Shown here: piece by piece, positions 50,901-62,779 of the stretch
Layout of the letters: every line of letters begins with the position of its first letter
How positions within the stretch are numbered: the stretch's first letter is position 1
Assembly: GCA_965235115.1 (NCBI GenBank)
Contig: OZ249436.1
Location: 24,058,001 to 24,122,000 of the forward strand
Direction of reading: 5' to 3'
Length of the DNA stretch: 64,000 bases
Origin: Laetmonice hystrix
Taxonomy: Eukaryota
The notes under the pieces: model-generated
What the model was told of the DNA's origin: nothing
Databases searched by the model: none
The model's input: the letters and a program-made list of their open reading frames with translations, nothing else
Program-made: the position numbers and the translations under genes

Positions 50901-53900
50901 CAGGTCTGCTCTGTGGCGTGGTACATGACAATAAAGACTTGTTTGCTACACCGGAGGGGCCTGTTGGCCGCACTGGTCTAGTAAAACACACCATCAACAC
51001 CGGAGATTCTAGGCCAATCAAAAGACCCCCACGTAGATTCCCTGCCACACAGCAGCAGCAAGTTCAGGAAGAAATTGACAAAATGATGGGGCAAGGTATT
51101 ATTCAAGAAAGTGACAGCCCATGGGCCTCTCAGGTAGTATTAGTCAGGAAGAAAGATGGAAGTACCAGGTTTTGTGTCGATTATAGATACTTAAATGCAG
51201 TGACTAAGAAGGATGCCTATCCTCTTCCAAACATTACTGACTGTATGGATGCACTAGGGGGCGCCACCTGGTTTTGTACACTGGATTTGGCCAGTGGATA
51301 TTGGCAGGTAGAAATGGATGCACGTGATAGGGAAAAAACTGCATTTTCCACCAGGAAGGGTCTGTACGAGTTCCGCGTTATGCCATTCGGTTTAACCAAT
51401 GCCCCGGCCACATTCGAGCGTTTGATGGAGCGCGTACTGAGGAGCCTCCAATGGGAATTATGCCTGGTGTATCTGGACGATATAATTTTATTCTCCGCTA
51501 CATTCGAAGGGGCTGTCCAAAATTTGCAGATGGTACTCGGGCGCCTACGGCAAGCTGGCTTAAAATTGAAGGCCACAAAATGTGCTCTGATGAAACGGCA
51601 GGTGGCCTTCCTGGGCCACATCGTTGATGGTAATGGGAGTACACTGTGATCCCTCAAAAGTGGAAGCCGTGCGCGAGTGGGAAACCCCAACTACGGTGAC
51701 TGACATCAGAAGTTTCTTAGGGTTGGCCTCGTATTATAGGAGGTTTGTTCATAAGTTTTCTACCATAGCAGCCCCACTAACTGAGATGACTAAGAAGGGT
51801 CAGCCCTTCGAGTGGACTGAGGCTTGTGAATCTGCTTTCCAGGAGTTGAAACAGAAACTGACCGAGGCTCCTGTATTAAGCTATCCCTCACAACTTGATG
51901 GTGACACGTTCATACTAGATACAGACGCGAGTGACAGCGGCATCGGCGCGGTACTTTCTCAAGTTCAAGATGGCCGGGAGAGGGTAATTTCTTATGCTAG
52001 TAGGATGTTGTCTGACTCACAAAGGCGGTATTGCGTGACCTACAGGGAACTGCTGGCTGTGGTGGTCTTTGTTAAACAGTTCAGGCACTATTTGTTGGGC
52101 CGCAAATTCCGAATTAGAACCGACCACGCATCTTTAAAGTGGCTGTCAAAGTTTAAAGACGCAGAAGGGATGGTGGGACGGTGGATAACTTACTTAAGCA
52201 CCTTCAACTTTGATTTGGAACACAGGGGAGGAGCACTACACAGCAATGCAGATGCACTGTCCCGCAAGACGCCGAAAAAATGGTTGCTGGCCTGCAAGCA
52301 GCAAACGTGTGCAGACTGCCCTGTGATGCCAGAAGGCAAGTCAGAAGCCTTAAGGCCAGAGGCCTCGTACAGCTCAGAGACTGCGGAGGTGATAGTTGCC
52401 CCTAACAATACTGTCAGCCAACTTGCTGATGACGTGTCTGATGTTGAGACAGCACCCAAACTCCATGCAAACGACTGCAACTTTGGTACCCCTGTAACCC
52501 GGGTGGCCATGCTTAGCATGCAGGACAGTGGTATCCAGCCAGGTGACAGGCAGCACCCTGTGATGACCCAACAGGTCCGCTTGATTCCTGTCACTGACAA
52601 CCTGTCAGAACAGTCCCCCACTGATCTCAGACCAAGGGTGATGGCCATAACTGACCAAAATGGTGGCCAGCCACCTGACACTCCCACATGTAATTGGGTG
52701 GATGCTTTATTGAGGGCAGATCTAGCAAAAGTACAAACTGATGATGCTGTGATCAGCAAGGTACGGCAGTGGAAGATAGCAGGTGAAAGGCCAGACCGCC
52801 CAAGGTTGCAGGCAGAAGGTGACCTTGTGAGAGCTCTGTGTGAGCAGTGGGCTAGTTTGGAGATGAAGGAGGGTGTACTCTATAGAAGAAAACGTGCTCG
52901 GGCCAGGGGTAGCACTACTGAGACTTTGCAACTTGTTGTACCCCAGAAATTAAGGCGACAAATTTTTCAGGAGGTGCACTCTTCGAGAGTTGGGGGTCAC
53001 CTAGGGATCAATCGCACTGTTGACAGTGTTCGCCGCCGGTTTTACTGGCCAGGATGCAAAACTGACCTTAAGTTGTGGTGTCAACGATGTACCGCCTGTG
53101 CACAGATCAAGCCTGGGCCCAGATTCAAAGCTGCCATGCACCACGTGCCCACTGGCTCCAGGTTTGATCGGGTATTTATGGACATTTTGGGAGAGTTGCC
53201 AGAGACAGAGAGAGGGAATAAGTATGTACTAGTGGTGACCGATGGGTTCACCAAATGGACACAGGCCCTTCCATTGAGAGACCAGACGGCCCAAACGATA
53301 GCCGATGCGCTCATGGTCAATGTGTTCAGCCTTTTTGGAGTGCCAAGACAGATCCATACGGATCAAGGGAGAAACTTCGAGTCGAACCTGTTTAAAGAGC
53401 TGTGTGCCTTACTAGGGATAGAAAAGAGCCGGACTACCCCATACCATCCACAATCAGATGGTCAAACTGAACGGTTCAACCGGACACTCCAGCAGATGCT
53501 GAAAGCTTATGTAAGGGAATGCCGCGATGACTGGGATGATCACTTGCCATATGTTATGATGGCCTATCGCTCCACCGTCCATGATAGCACTCGTACAACA
53601 CCAAATTTAATGTTTCTGGGCACTGAGAATATACTCCCCATCGATTTAACAATGGGCCCACCCCCGCAAGAACAGTCCCCACAGTGCCCCATAGAGTACG
53701 TAGAATGGGTAAGACAAGTGATTCTTACAGCACATGAGGCAGCCAGGAAAAATCTAGGGAAGAGTACGGCCCGTCAAAAACGAACTTATGACTTGCGTGC
53801 AAAACCAACCATCTACGGTATTGGAGATTTTGTTTGGAGGTGGTATCCACCCTCTGCCAACTGTAAATTAGGAAAAGGCTGGACGGGGCCATATAAGATA

Positions 53901-54185
53901 GTTGGTTGCCCAAATAACTTAAATTATATGATTCAGATAGAGAGAGGCAGTAGGATAGTTAGGGTTCATGTAGACGACCTGAAACCCTACAATGGGGATC
54001 CACCCTCAGGCTGGTCTGAGCCTGACACTGACAATGACAGTACTGACGCCCAGCCTGAATCCCCTGCTGACGAGTCCACAGATGTTCCTAATAGCCAACA
54101 TGACCCTGAGGGCAACACAGAACCCCCAACACAGAATCGTCACAGCCAACGCAGGAGGAAGCCAACACAGCGCCTTGACCTATAA
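47980..54185 (+). pseudogene. pol: Gypsy pol (tandem repeat, protease, RT, RNase H, integrase), one frameshift near 51635
   Basis: Protease LIDSGA; RT RFCVDYR, LDLASGYWQ, YLDD; RNase H DTDAS, TDH; integrase HHCC, TDQGRNF, GPY. An extra G in AATGGGAGTACAC splits ORFs 48005..51649 and 51624..54185. Confidence 0.93.
48070..49815 (+). repeat. In-frame coding tandem array, 159/162-bp unit (53/54 aa), about 9 near-perfect plus 2 degenerate copies
   Basis: Unit HSGRCWDSPTEDKYFKTSGDRCSKTSGDRCVV(V)DAVESQIPAGDTHLVDKVNQT; TGGGATAGCC recurs at 48281, 48443, 48602 and onward. Confidence 0.97.
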
Positions 54186-54263
54186 CAATCCTATCTTGAC
54201 CTAACCAACTACACACAATAACTCAATTATCACATCCTAAACTGACTTTGTTATATTTACAGG

Positions 54264-55337
54264 ATGCCGAGGTCACGACATGAGTGCCGTGACTGTCTGC
54301 TACCATTTAACAGCAGACAAGACCTGTGGGCCCATCGACAACAGCATCATGGTGACCCAGCTTACCAGTGCCCCCTATGCAGATATATCAATAGCTCCAG
54401 GAGTCACATGCTACTAGTTCACCTTCCCGACCGGCACAACGTCCACAGCATGACTGCCAATGACATCGCTCTGGTGGACCAAGGCGAGCCAGCTCAACAG
54501 TGCCCCACCCAGCTGCCCTCTCCACACCGACACCGACATCGCCGTAACTCCCTTGGCAGACACAGGGAATACAACCCCAGCCGACCCACATCAAGAGAGA
54601 TGGCGACATCCCGCCCACGACAGCCTACACCATCAGCTTCCTCGAACCCACTACCACCACGGCCCAGCCCCCGGCCAAGCCAAACAACAGAAGGGAGTGA
54701 GGACCCCAACCTGCAGCGGACCGACCCATCTCCAGGCTTAGGCAGCCCACCTGACATCACGTTGGGCAGCCCACCAACAAGCAGAGCCCCCGCACAGGAG
54801 CGTCACCGGGACGTGCCCATCCCAACAGTAACGAGCCAACGAGAAGTAGAGGTCCAGACAGAGGACCCAAAGCCAGACACGTCAACCTGCCCCACCCCAG
54901 TCACTGCCAGGCTCGACATGGGCGAGTGGCAACCAATGGCCGCCGTCCTGTTGGTCAGGACGAGGACGACCATCACCACCCACCCCAACGGGGGTACCAC
55001 CACAGAAATCCTGAGGGACTTCTTACTCCCAGAATCATCCCTGCAGGGCCCGACCCACCCCACCGCCACAGCTCGCCCACAAACTCCGGATTCAGCAAAC
55101 CAGTACGAGGGGAATAGCACCTGTTCGTCGATCCTGCCCCCAAGGAGGCACGCCAGGAGTCGGCCCATCGCCCCAACGCCAGAGACCCCCGCCACCCCAG
55201 CCTCTGCCAGACATCCACCTGCCCAGCTGTCCGCCTCATCTTCATGCAGTTCGCCCTGCAGTGGCTGCAGGACCCCAGCACTGTCACCTCGTAACCCGCC
55301 AGCCACCTCTGGTTGGACAACTGAAGAGGAGGACTAG
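54264..55337 (+). CDS. ORF3 of the Gypsy element: two N-terminal C2H2-like zinc fingers and a Pro/Ser/Thr-rich tail
   Basis: CRDC-x12-HRQQHH and CPLC-x13-HLPDRH; open 357 aa between integrase and PPT; preceded by CTGAC...TTTACAG acceptor-like sequence. Confidence 0.75.
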   Translation: MPRSRHECRDCLLPFNSRQDLWAHRQQHHGDPAYQCPLCRYINSSRSHMLLVHLPDRHNVHSMTANDIALVDQGEPAQQCPTQLPSPHRHRHRRNSLGRHREYNPSRPTSREMATSRPRQPTPSASSNPLPPRPSPRPSQTTEGSEDPNLQRTDPSPGLGSPPDITLGSPPTSRAPAQERHRDVPIPTVTSQREVEVQTEDPKPDTSTCPTPVTARLDMGEWQPMAAVLLVRTRTTITTHPNGGTTTEILRDFLLPESSLQGPTHPTATARPQTPDSANQYEGNSTCSSILPPRRHARSRPIAPTPETPATPASARHPPAQLSASSSCSSPCSGCRTPALSPRNPPATSGWTTEEED

Positions 55338-55409
55338 CCCACTTTTGAAGATAATAGTTTTAAGAAAGGTTTAAATTGTCACTATGGTCATCATGATCAT
55401 TGGTAAGCG

Positions 55410-55870
55410 TATTGTAAGTGTTACCAGGATGTTTTATCATGTTGTGAAGCAATGCTCGGTAAGTGCATTTATGTTTAGAAGCATCACTTCTTGCGGGAGT
55501 GTTTGTTTTCAAGAGGTGGATGACATTACTGAGTGTATAGTATAGTTAAGACAGTTTATTTGTAAGTGTTACCAGGAGGTTTCATCATGTTGTGAAGCAA
55601 TGCTCGGTAAGTGCATTTATGTTTAGAAGCATCACTTCTTGCGGGAGTGTTTGTTTTCAAGAGGTGGTTCACATTGCTGAGTGTATAGTATAGTTAAGAC
55701 GGTTTATTTGTAAGGGTTACCAGGAGGTGTCATCGTGTTGTGAAGCAATGCTCGGTAAGTGCATTTATGTTTAGAAGCATCACTTCTTGCGGGAGTGTTT
55801 GTTTTCAAGAGGTGGATGACATTGCTGAGTGTCTAGTATAGTTAAGACGGTTTCTTGTAAGTAGTGACAG
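55410..55870. repeat. 148-bp tandem repeat x3 in the Gypsy 3' UTR
   Basis: TTGTAAG(T/G)GTTACCAGGA recurs near 55412, 55560 and 55708, with a partial fourth start near 55856. Confidence 0.9.
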
Positions 55871-55928
55871 GAAATTTTATCATGTAAGTAAGCAATGCGA
55901 GGACGCATTAGTCCAAGGGGGGGGGTAA

Positions 55929-57361
55929 TGAAACGGTCCTGGCATCTGTCAGATACGGTCAGTTGCCTTTTAGAGCCTCCCAGCGAACTTGCCATTAAGT
56001 GTCCGGCAAAAGAATTTTACCTGACTATGTTTGAGTTGGTCCTGATCTTTTGACAGTTTTTATTTTCCGTCCTTGTCCTTTCTACCTGTAACAGAGTATG
56101 CTCTTCTAGTCCAAACTCCATCCAGTGCCCGACGGGCGCCATGTTTGTTTACTATCGAGGGGAAGTATGAATCGCAAGGCATGCTTGTTTTGTTTGTTTT
56201 TTTGTTTTATGCATTATATTGGCTTCCGAGACAGAGTATGCGCCTGTTTATTTATCTTAGACAAGATTACCAAGTTTAAAGTTAAAAACAGTTAGCTTTA
56301 GGAGTTTTAGTTTCTGGATTTGGTGCCAGCCAATGAGATGCTCACCCAACTTGGAGGGCGCGTCATCAACTTGGCTCGGTGCCAACGCACGTGGCCCAGG
56401 CCGCGTGGTCCTGGCGCCTATATAAGGGGGCCACAACAAGCCCCGGGAGGGAGACACTTACAAACCCCTCACAACTCAACAACTCACTACCATACTCACT
56501 CTACTGCCAACGACCACGTACCCTACCAACAAACCCGACTGAGTGCGGACCCAGCCCCGGCTGAGCGCTCACCCCACAACCGACCTACCAACCCGCGTGC
56601 TACAATACCCTGCTACTATAGGCCTAACACAATTACCAACTAAACAACAGGTACGAGTATATTTTCTTTGCCATGTCTTGCAAACCGCGACCTTTGGTCG
56701 CAAGATTTAGGGAACATTTGGAGATGATGGTTCGGACTAGGGCCAGTGACGATTAAGTTATAGGGTAGAATATATGGTATAACCACGTCGGGTATAACAT
56801 TAGTCTGATTAGACGTCGTCTGGTATAATTGAACATTTTAAGCTCTGAGTAAGTGATCTCGTTTGATGACCTGTTGGATTTCAACTGATTTTAAGTTTAA
56901 CGACCGTTTGTACAGGCACCGAGATGACGCTGTCTGTGGTCAGTAGACCTAGGTATTAAGTTGTGTGTGAGTGGAAGCTGAGAGCGGACGCTCCCCCGCC
57001 CAGCGCCCAGTGCAGGGCCGTACGTAACCGGGCCACCTGTTAGGGATTAGTGAGGCCCGCGGTGGGCTCGGTGTGTGTGAGTCGAGGGTGCATGTTTAGG
57101 CCTGCATGCGGGTTTGCATTTTATTGTCTCGTCATGTTTCTGTTCGATTATTTGTTTGATTGTCAATTAAACTGTTTAAATTGTACCACTGTCTCCAAGT
57201 TGTTGGTCTCACCCTTAGTGTTAATGCCATCCAGTGATCCGAACCCCGTTGTCCCCCGCTTAATTGGCCTTATTCATTAATAGATAGAGTACTAAAATGA
57301 ACACAACGAGAAGTACGCCCAATATGCCCCACACCCCTATTCGAGCACGAAAACCGCTACA
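55929..57361 (+). repeat. 3' LTR (1433 bp) preceded by polypurine tract
   Basis: Purine run AAG9 at 55915-55925, then TGAAACGG...CCGCTACA. Confidence 0.95.
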
Positions 57362-58067
57362 ATATAATTACGATTATAACCTTTCCTTCCACAATGATTA
57401 ATATGTCAAAATAGGTAGGTATACCATGCAGTAGACCTCTGTAATGCCTTTCGACATGTCAGGGGCGGATCTCCACTCTTTCTTTTTGAAGAATTGGCAA
57501 AAATTATTGTTAGGCTAGATCTAAATATACAGCCACTTGTCTAGGACTTCCAGCAGGGTGGTCTCGGATTTTTTTTTAAATTCTAAGCTGTTTTTCCGCC
57601 TTTTATGGACCCTTTTAGTGCATAATAATTTGTGTATTCATCACTCAACCAGTTTATAATAGGTGGAATGTTTTGCACCTGTTCGTTCGATGTTGTTCCC
57701 TTGAATCTAAGGGAAAAGTAATCTATGCTCTGGGGGAGCAGGGGAGGGGGTCCAATCCCCAGACCCCTGCCGACATGCGCCTGAAATTCTTTGAGAAACG
57801 TCACATCTAGCTCCTGTACTACCATAAATCTTGGTGTCATTTGTAAGAGTATATGTATGAGTTCGTATTCATGTTCAATAGACTAGTAAATATCTGTGGG
57901 CGATCTGTGTATACAGAGACCCCAACCATCCTAGTGCTAGTAAATCTAGCACCATTTAGGAGTTACAGGCCTCTGAAAATCCTTAGGAAATGCCAATAAC
58001 ATCATTATGACGTCATATGTTACGATAGGTGAAAAACGTTGGTGTCAAACTGATATGATTCTCTCAC

Positions 58068-58198
58068 CTGCCCATAATGTCGTCCTTCCCAGCATGATCA
58101 TGATCCCAAACAGATATCTCAAGATGGCTGGTCTGGTCATCAAACATGTGAAGATCAAACTGCTCAAGCCATCGGGGGTTTAAAGTCTTAGCCTTGTA
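58068..58198 (-). CDS. MCTP: MCTP exon, second C2 domain (C2B)
   Basis: tttcag/gtgaga boundaries; encodes YKAKTLNPRWLEQFDLHMFDDQTSHLEISVWDHDHAGKDDIMG plus AG, which joins G of exon 37681-37867 to give Arg. Confidence 0.9.
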
Positions 58199-58740
58199 CT
58201 GAAATAGAAAGACAACAAAACTCTAATTGGTTTTGTACAGGTGACCGAAAAAATAATAGTGAAAATATCAATTACATCCTTATGACGTCATAGGTCATAT
58301 GACCTAAGAAATAATGGTGTCAAATGACTTCATATTAGTGTTTAATATTAAGCATTTACAAGTTAGAGCCTTAAAAAATATCACTGACTTTCTTATGATG
58401 TCATAGGTTACATGCGCTAAAAAATAATGGGTCAAACGAAAGATATGACTTGTACTACCATCAACCATGCGACTTATATAATTGGCCCTAGGTCAAACAG
58501 TGCCCTGTAAGGCCTGCCTTGGTCTTCACATAAACCATCCATATCATGCACATTTCATATTTATAATTGCATTTACAGGCCTGAATATTATTGTCCTCGC
58601 CCTCCCAAGGGTACTGTTAATTGTCACAAATCTTAGAGGTGTGAGTGGGAGCCACATGCCGACAGTATTTGAGCATTGCAGTTGTTACAGTTACTGTACA
58701 GTGTAGACCCAAAAACCTGTTACCCCACCCGTTTTTGGAT

Positions 58741-59297
58741 GGGTCATGCCCCATTCGGGATTCCCTCGGGCATATGACGTCACTTCCTGCTGTTCGAATA
58801 TACCCTGGGGTGGATTAGCGGCCATGTTTGGCAACCAGATACATGGCCAAATGGAGGTGTGTAGCGAGGCACTGAGTGAACCGTCATATGACATCGAGCC
58901 AGGAACTAGTGCATTCTTGAAGCCTGTTCCTTGGCATCGTATGTGCAAATATAAATTTCTGGTATGAAGGGGAACGTTTGAAGAAGAAAAATGAATCACC
59001 TAATTTATTACCTAAATGGGCGTCAATATGGTAATTTATCAATTATCAATTTATCAATTTATCAGTTGTATCATGAACATGATACTATCGTAATATTGCC
59101 CACTGACTTTGGGGAAAGCATTGTTAGCCTATTTTAGTTGCTTCCATGCCTGATGCAGACAAAATACTGCAAGCACTACCATGCTGTCGAGAGTCCCGGC
59201 TAAATGTACCCACGATGCAATGCTCAAAATGGCGCCTATTTCACCCGAGGCTACTTTCGAAGATATGGCCGAGGGAATCCCGAATGGGTCATGCCCC
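58741..59297. mobile_element. MITE with about 35-bp TIRs
   Basis: GGGTCATGCCCCATTCGGGATTCCCTCGGGCATAT vs ATATGGCCGAGGGAATCCCGAATGGGTCATGCCCC; TSD unclear. Confidence 0.65.
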
Positions 59298-60834
59298 TGC
59301 ACCCCAGACTTGGGAGCCGGAGCCATCTCTGGAGGCCAGCCATCAGGAATCACATACACAGGCACCATCTGCTGCCAAGCTTTTGTGTTGCCACGTCATA
59401 GAGGAGGGGACAGAAGGCCAGGTTCTACCCTCTGACTCTGTGATTGGTGCAAATCCGTTATTACGCATATGTAGGGGCTGGGGGTAAAACTTGTCCAAAT
59501 TCGTCAAAACTCGCCAGCGAATGGCTGGAAATCATTCCAGTATTAATGTAAGACCTCCAAAATGCATCAGAATTCAGATTGCAACATTTTAAACATGAAA
59601 TTGTCAAATATTTCGCCATGGGAGGAGTCACCCCTCCACAAAAATCCAGGCTTTTCCCCCCTTTGCCTGATGAGCAGATCACACCCCTGTATCGCCTGGA
59701 GATTTAAATCATTGGTCAAGCTAAATGTCTGCTAGTTGCCTGAGATGGACAGAGGAGACAGGAGTCATTGAGAAATTTCTGTCCGGCTTCATTTTGCTTA
59801 TTCAATTGTACAACATCAGCAAAAATATTGGGCTAATACACATAATCTTGGGCTACCACCATGAGTCGGAGTGGTAGCCCAGTGGGCTACCATGCTTTGG
59901 CCAGATTTTTGGAGGTCTGATAAATGTTTTAAAATCAGGTGTAGGGAATTTATCGAATCTACTCTAACTAGTCTGGGTAATCGCTATGGCAGCTCCCATC
60001 CCACACCCCCTCCCCATGCCTTTCACTTCATTTTTTGCATATCTTATCTTATATCTATATTTATATATCTCGTATCTCGCTCATTTTTCATGATAGCAAT
60101 ACGAAACTTGGTAGGCATCTTAAGGACGCTAGGGAGAATCGCCAGTTTGAAGTATGACGTCATATGACGTCATGTCATGACATCATGACGTAAATTGTGT
60201 TTTGTGCAGTGAGGCCCATTTTCTAAGCTCATATTGGGAATTTCAAAAACGCTTCATGTCAATATAATCAGGCAAGGGTGTTGCCTAAATCTGACCCTTG
60301 ATTTGACCTTTGACCTTTACGCTTAGGAAGAACTGGGTCAGAGGTCACAAATCGGTTAAATTGATTCTTCTTCCCCATTTTTTGGTGAAATTTGACAATA
60401 TCTGGTAGAAACATTCTCCAATGAAAGCTCCACAAACTGGTGCATCGATAAGAAATTTGACCGATTTTTCCAGCAGTTTTTTTTAAGTAAACAGAAGAAT
60501 CCATAGTGATGGTCATGTTTGAGATCTAAACATAATTTCCTACAACCTCAAGCTACCTACGCTGGCGGCCATTCCCAATCCTTGTCACCGTAATATAAAA
60601 CAAGAGTTCTAATTGGTCAGATTTGATGGCTGTTCTAAGAAAACTCCGCACCCCTCCCATATTATCATTTGACCTTCCCTCTGGAATCACTGCTTATGGG
60701 GTGGATGAACTTTACCTGGAACAGCCTCAGTTGAGTCGAAGCCTCGCTTCCAGCTAGCAGTGCGGTTATCCAATTCTAAGGTAACGCTAATCGAGGTGAT
60801 AACTCACGCTAACGACGCCCAGCGTGGTATAACA

Positions 60835-62745
60835 TTAGCTAACGTACACTGTCGTCTACCATCTAAGTAAGAACTTAACCATTTAAGAGGAGTACCTGAT
60901 ATTCCTAATAGTTCCATCTTGGATTTAAGATCGAATGATCAACAGTATCAAAAGCTTTACGAAAATCAATAAAGGCGGTTATAGTACATTTCGAATTATT
61001 TATATTCAGAAAAACATCATCAGTAAAATCGGCAATAGTGCCGGTGGTCGAGTGGCCTTTCCTAAAGCCTCCTAGGATTAAGTAAATGGTTCTCCTCAAG
61101 GTAAGCAGAAATACGAGAATGTACTATTCTTTCCAGTATCTTGCCAGGGAGAGGAAGTAGAGAGATGGGCCTGTAATTATTGACATCAGATGAGTCACCA
61201 CCCTTATACAGAGGAATAACCTTAGCTACCTTCCATGTATCCGGAAACATGCCGCTAGTTAAAGATAAGTTAAAAAGTCTCGTGATAATCTCAGGTATTG
61301 CCAAAAATGCATCCTTAAGCACTCTTGATGACAGATTATCAATTGCCGACGATTTATGGCAGGCAATATCATTACATAATTTGATGACTTCTGACACAGT
61401 AGTCGTCATGGTATTAAATACTAAGTTCGATTTGATGGCATTGGTAAACCATGGATTATTGAATTTTGCAGCTAGGGAAGGCCCAATTGAAGCAAAAAAA
61501 TTATTGATGTAATCAGCTACATTGGCCGAGGGAATTGGTTCTTTTGTCTCATGAGAGATTAAGTTAATTAATTTGCCACTGGCTGATTTAGGTACCAATA
61601 AGCTGATATCTTCCCAGAATTTCTTAGCATTATTTTCATGTTTATTAAGACAGTCCTTGATGAAATCAGCCTTGGCTAACCTGACCGCGTGTTTAACCTC
61701 ATTTTTTAATGCTCTAGCGTGCACCCAGTCTTCGTGAAGATTGGTCCGTTTTGCCCGAGCTCTGACATGATCCTTATCTTGAATCAATTCGGCCAGCTCT
61801 TTTGATACCCAAGGATCGCCTTTATCCTTAATCCTAATAACTTTCAAAGGACAGTGTACATACATCAATGACTTGTCTAATATTCGTAATTATAATATCC
61901 CAAAAGTAGTTAACATCAGTTACATCGTCTAGTAAATGCCAATCCAAGCTTCTTAGATCAAGCTGAAGGTTTGCCTTGTCATAATTCACATACGACCGAC
62001 CATATGAGCAAACAATGTTAAAACGCTCTTTACATTTCTTCCTGTTAATGTATACGCTGATATTCCAATGTTTCACTCCGAATTCTTTAATGACATTCGA
62101 GTTAGTAAATATTAGGTCAATAGCACTGTTTTTGGAGCCATATCTTGTTGGCTCATTAATGAGTTGTTTCAATCCTGTAAGTGATTCAAATTCTTTCAAG
62201 TATTTTCTATCCGGAGAACTCAAATTTAAATAATCAATATTAAAGTCACCCAAAATGAAAACTTCTACTTTTTCTTCGGAGTATATCTGATTAACCCTCT
62301 CCTTAAGTAATGCAGTAAATTCATTCAAGTTACCACTAGGTGGGCGATATAGGATGCATAAGGCTAATTTTTTTTTATGTGGATTTGAGACTTTAAGCCA
62401 AAGAAGTTCTCCACAGTTAGAGCTAATATTATGAACCTCATAATCCTTAAGAGAATAATGGACGTTAGTTTTAATATATACAGCGATTCCGCCACCTTTC
62501 TTCGTAGCATTACTGCTATTGCAGGACCAAGACCTGTCTAATCTTATAGGATTATAACCTTCAAAATCAAGAAGCTCATCAGGAAAGTCTTCGGTCAACC
62601 AAGTTTCCGATAAAGTAAATACTTCGTAATCAGAATTCTTAATAGGGTGCTTAAAAATATCTATCTTATTTCTTACACTCTGGCAATTCAAATGGGCAAT
62701 ATAAAACCCCCTGCCTCTTAGTTTAGCATTGTCAGATAAACACAT
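60835..62745 (-). pseudogene. Degenerate CR1/L2-group LINE ORF2 (endonuclease and N-terminal RT), frameshifted and 3' truncated
   Basis: LSETWL, GGGIAVYIK, YRPPSG, LGDFN, AIDLIF; NYRPISLLP, GFRKGHST, DFRKAFDTVDH across three frames; no YADD core follows. Confidence 0.88.
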
Positions 62746-62779
62746 CGGCTGTGTCAGGGTAAGATATATAAGTCACACA

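Larger units (their letters stand above)
42158..57361 (+). mobile_element. Full-length Ty3/Gypsy LTR retrotransposon (15.2 kb), 4-bp TSD ATAT
   Basis: Two near-identical TG...CA LTRs, PBS, gag, pol in PR-RT-RH-IN order, ORF3, PPT; ATAT at 42154-42157 and 57362-57365. Confidence 0.97.

Noticed and set aside
59129..59487. Cluster of overlapping ORFs as an upstream MCTP exon or other gene
   Set aside because: No C2-domain motifs or convincing splice sites, and the ORFs straddle a MITE end.
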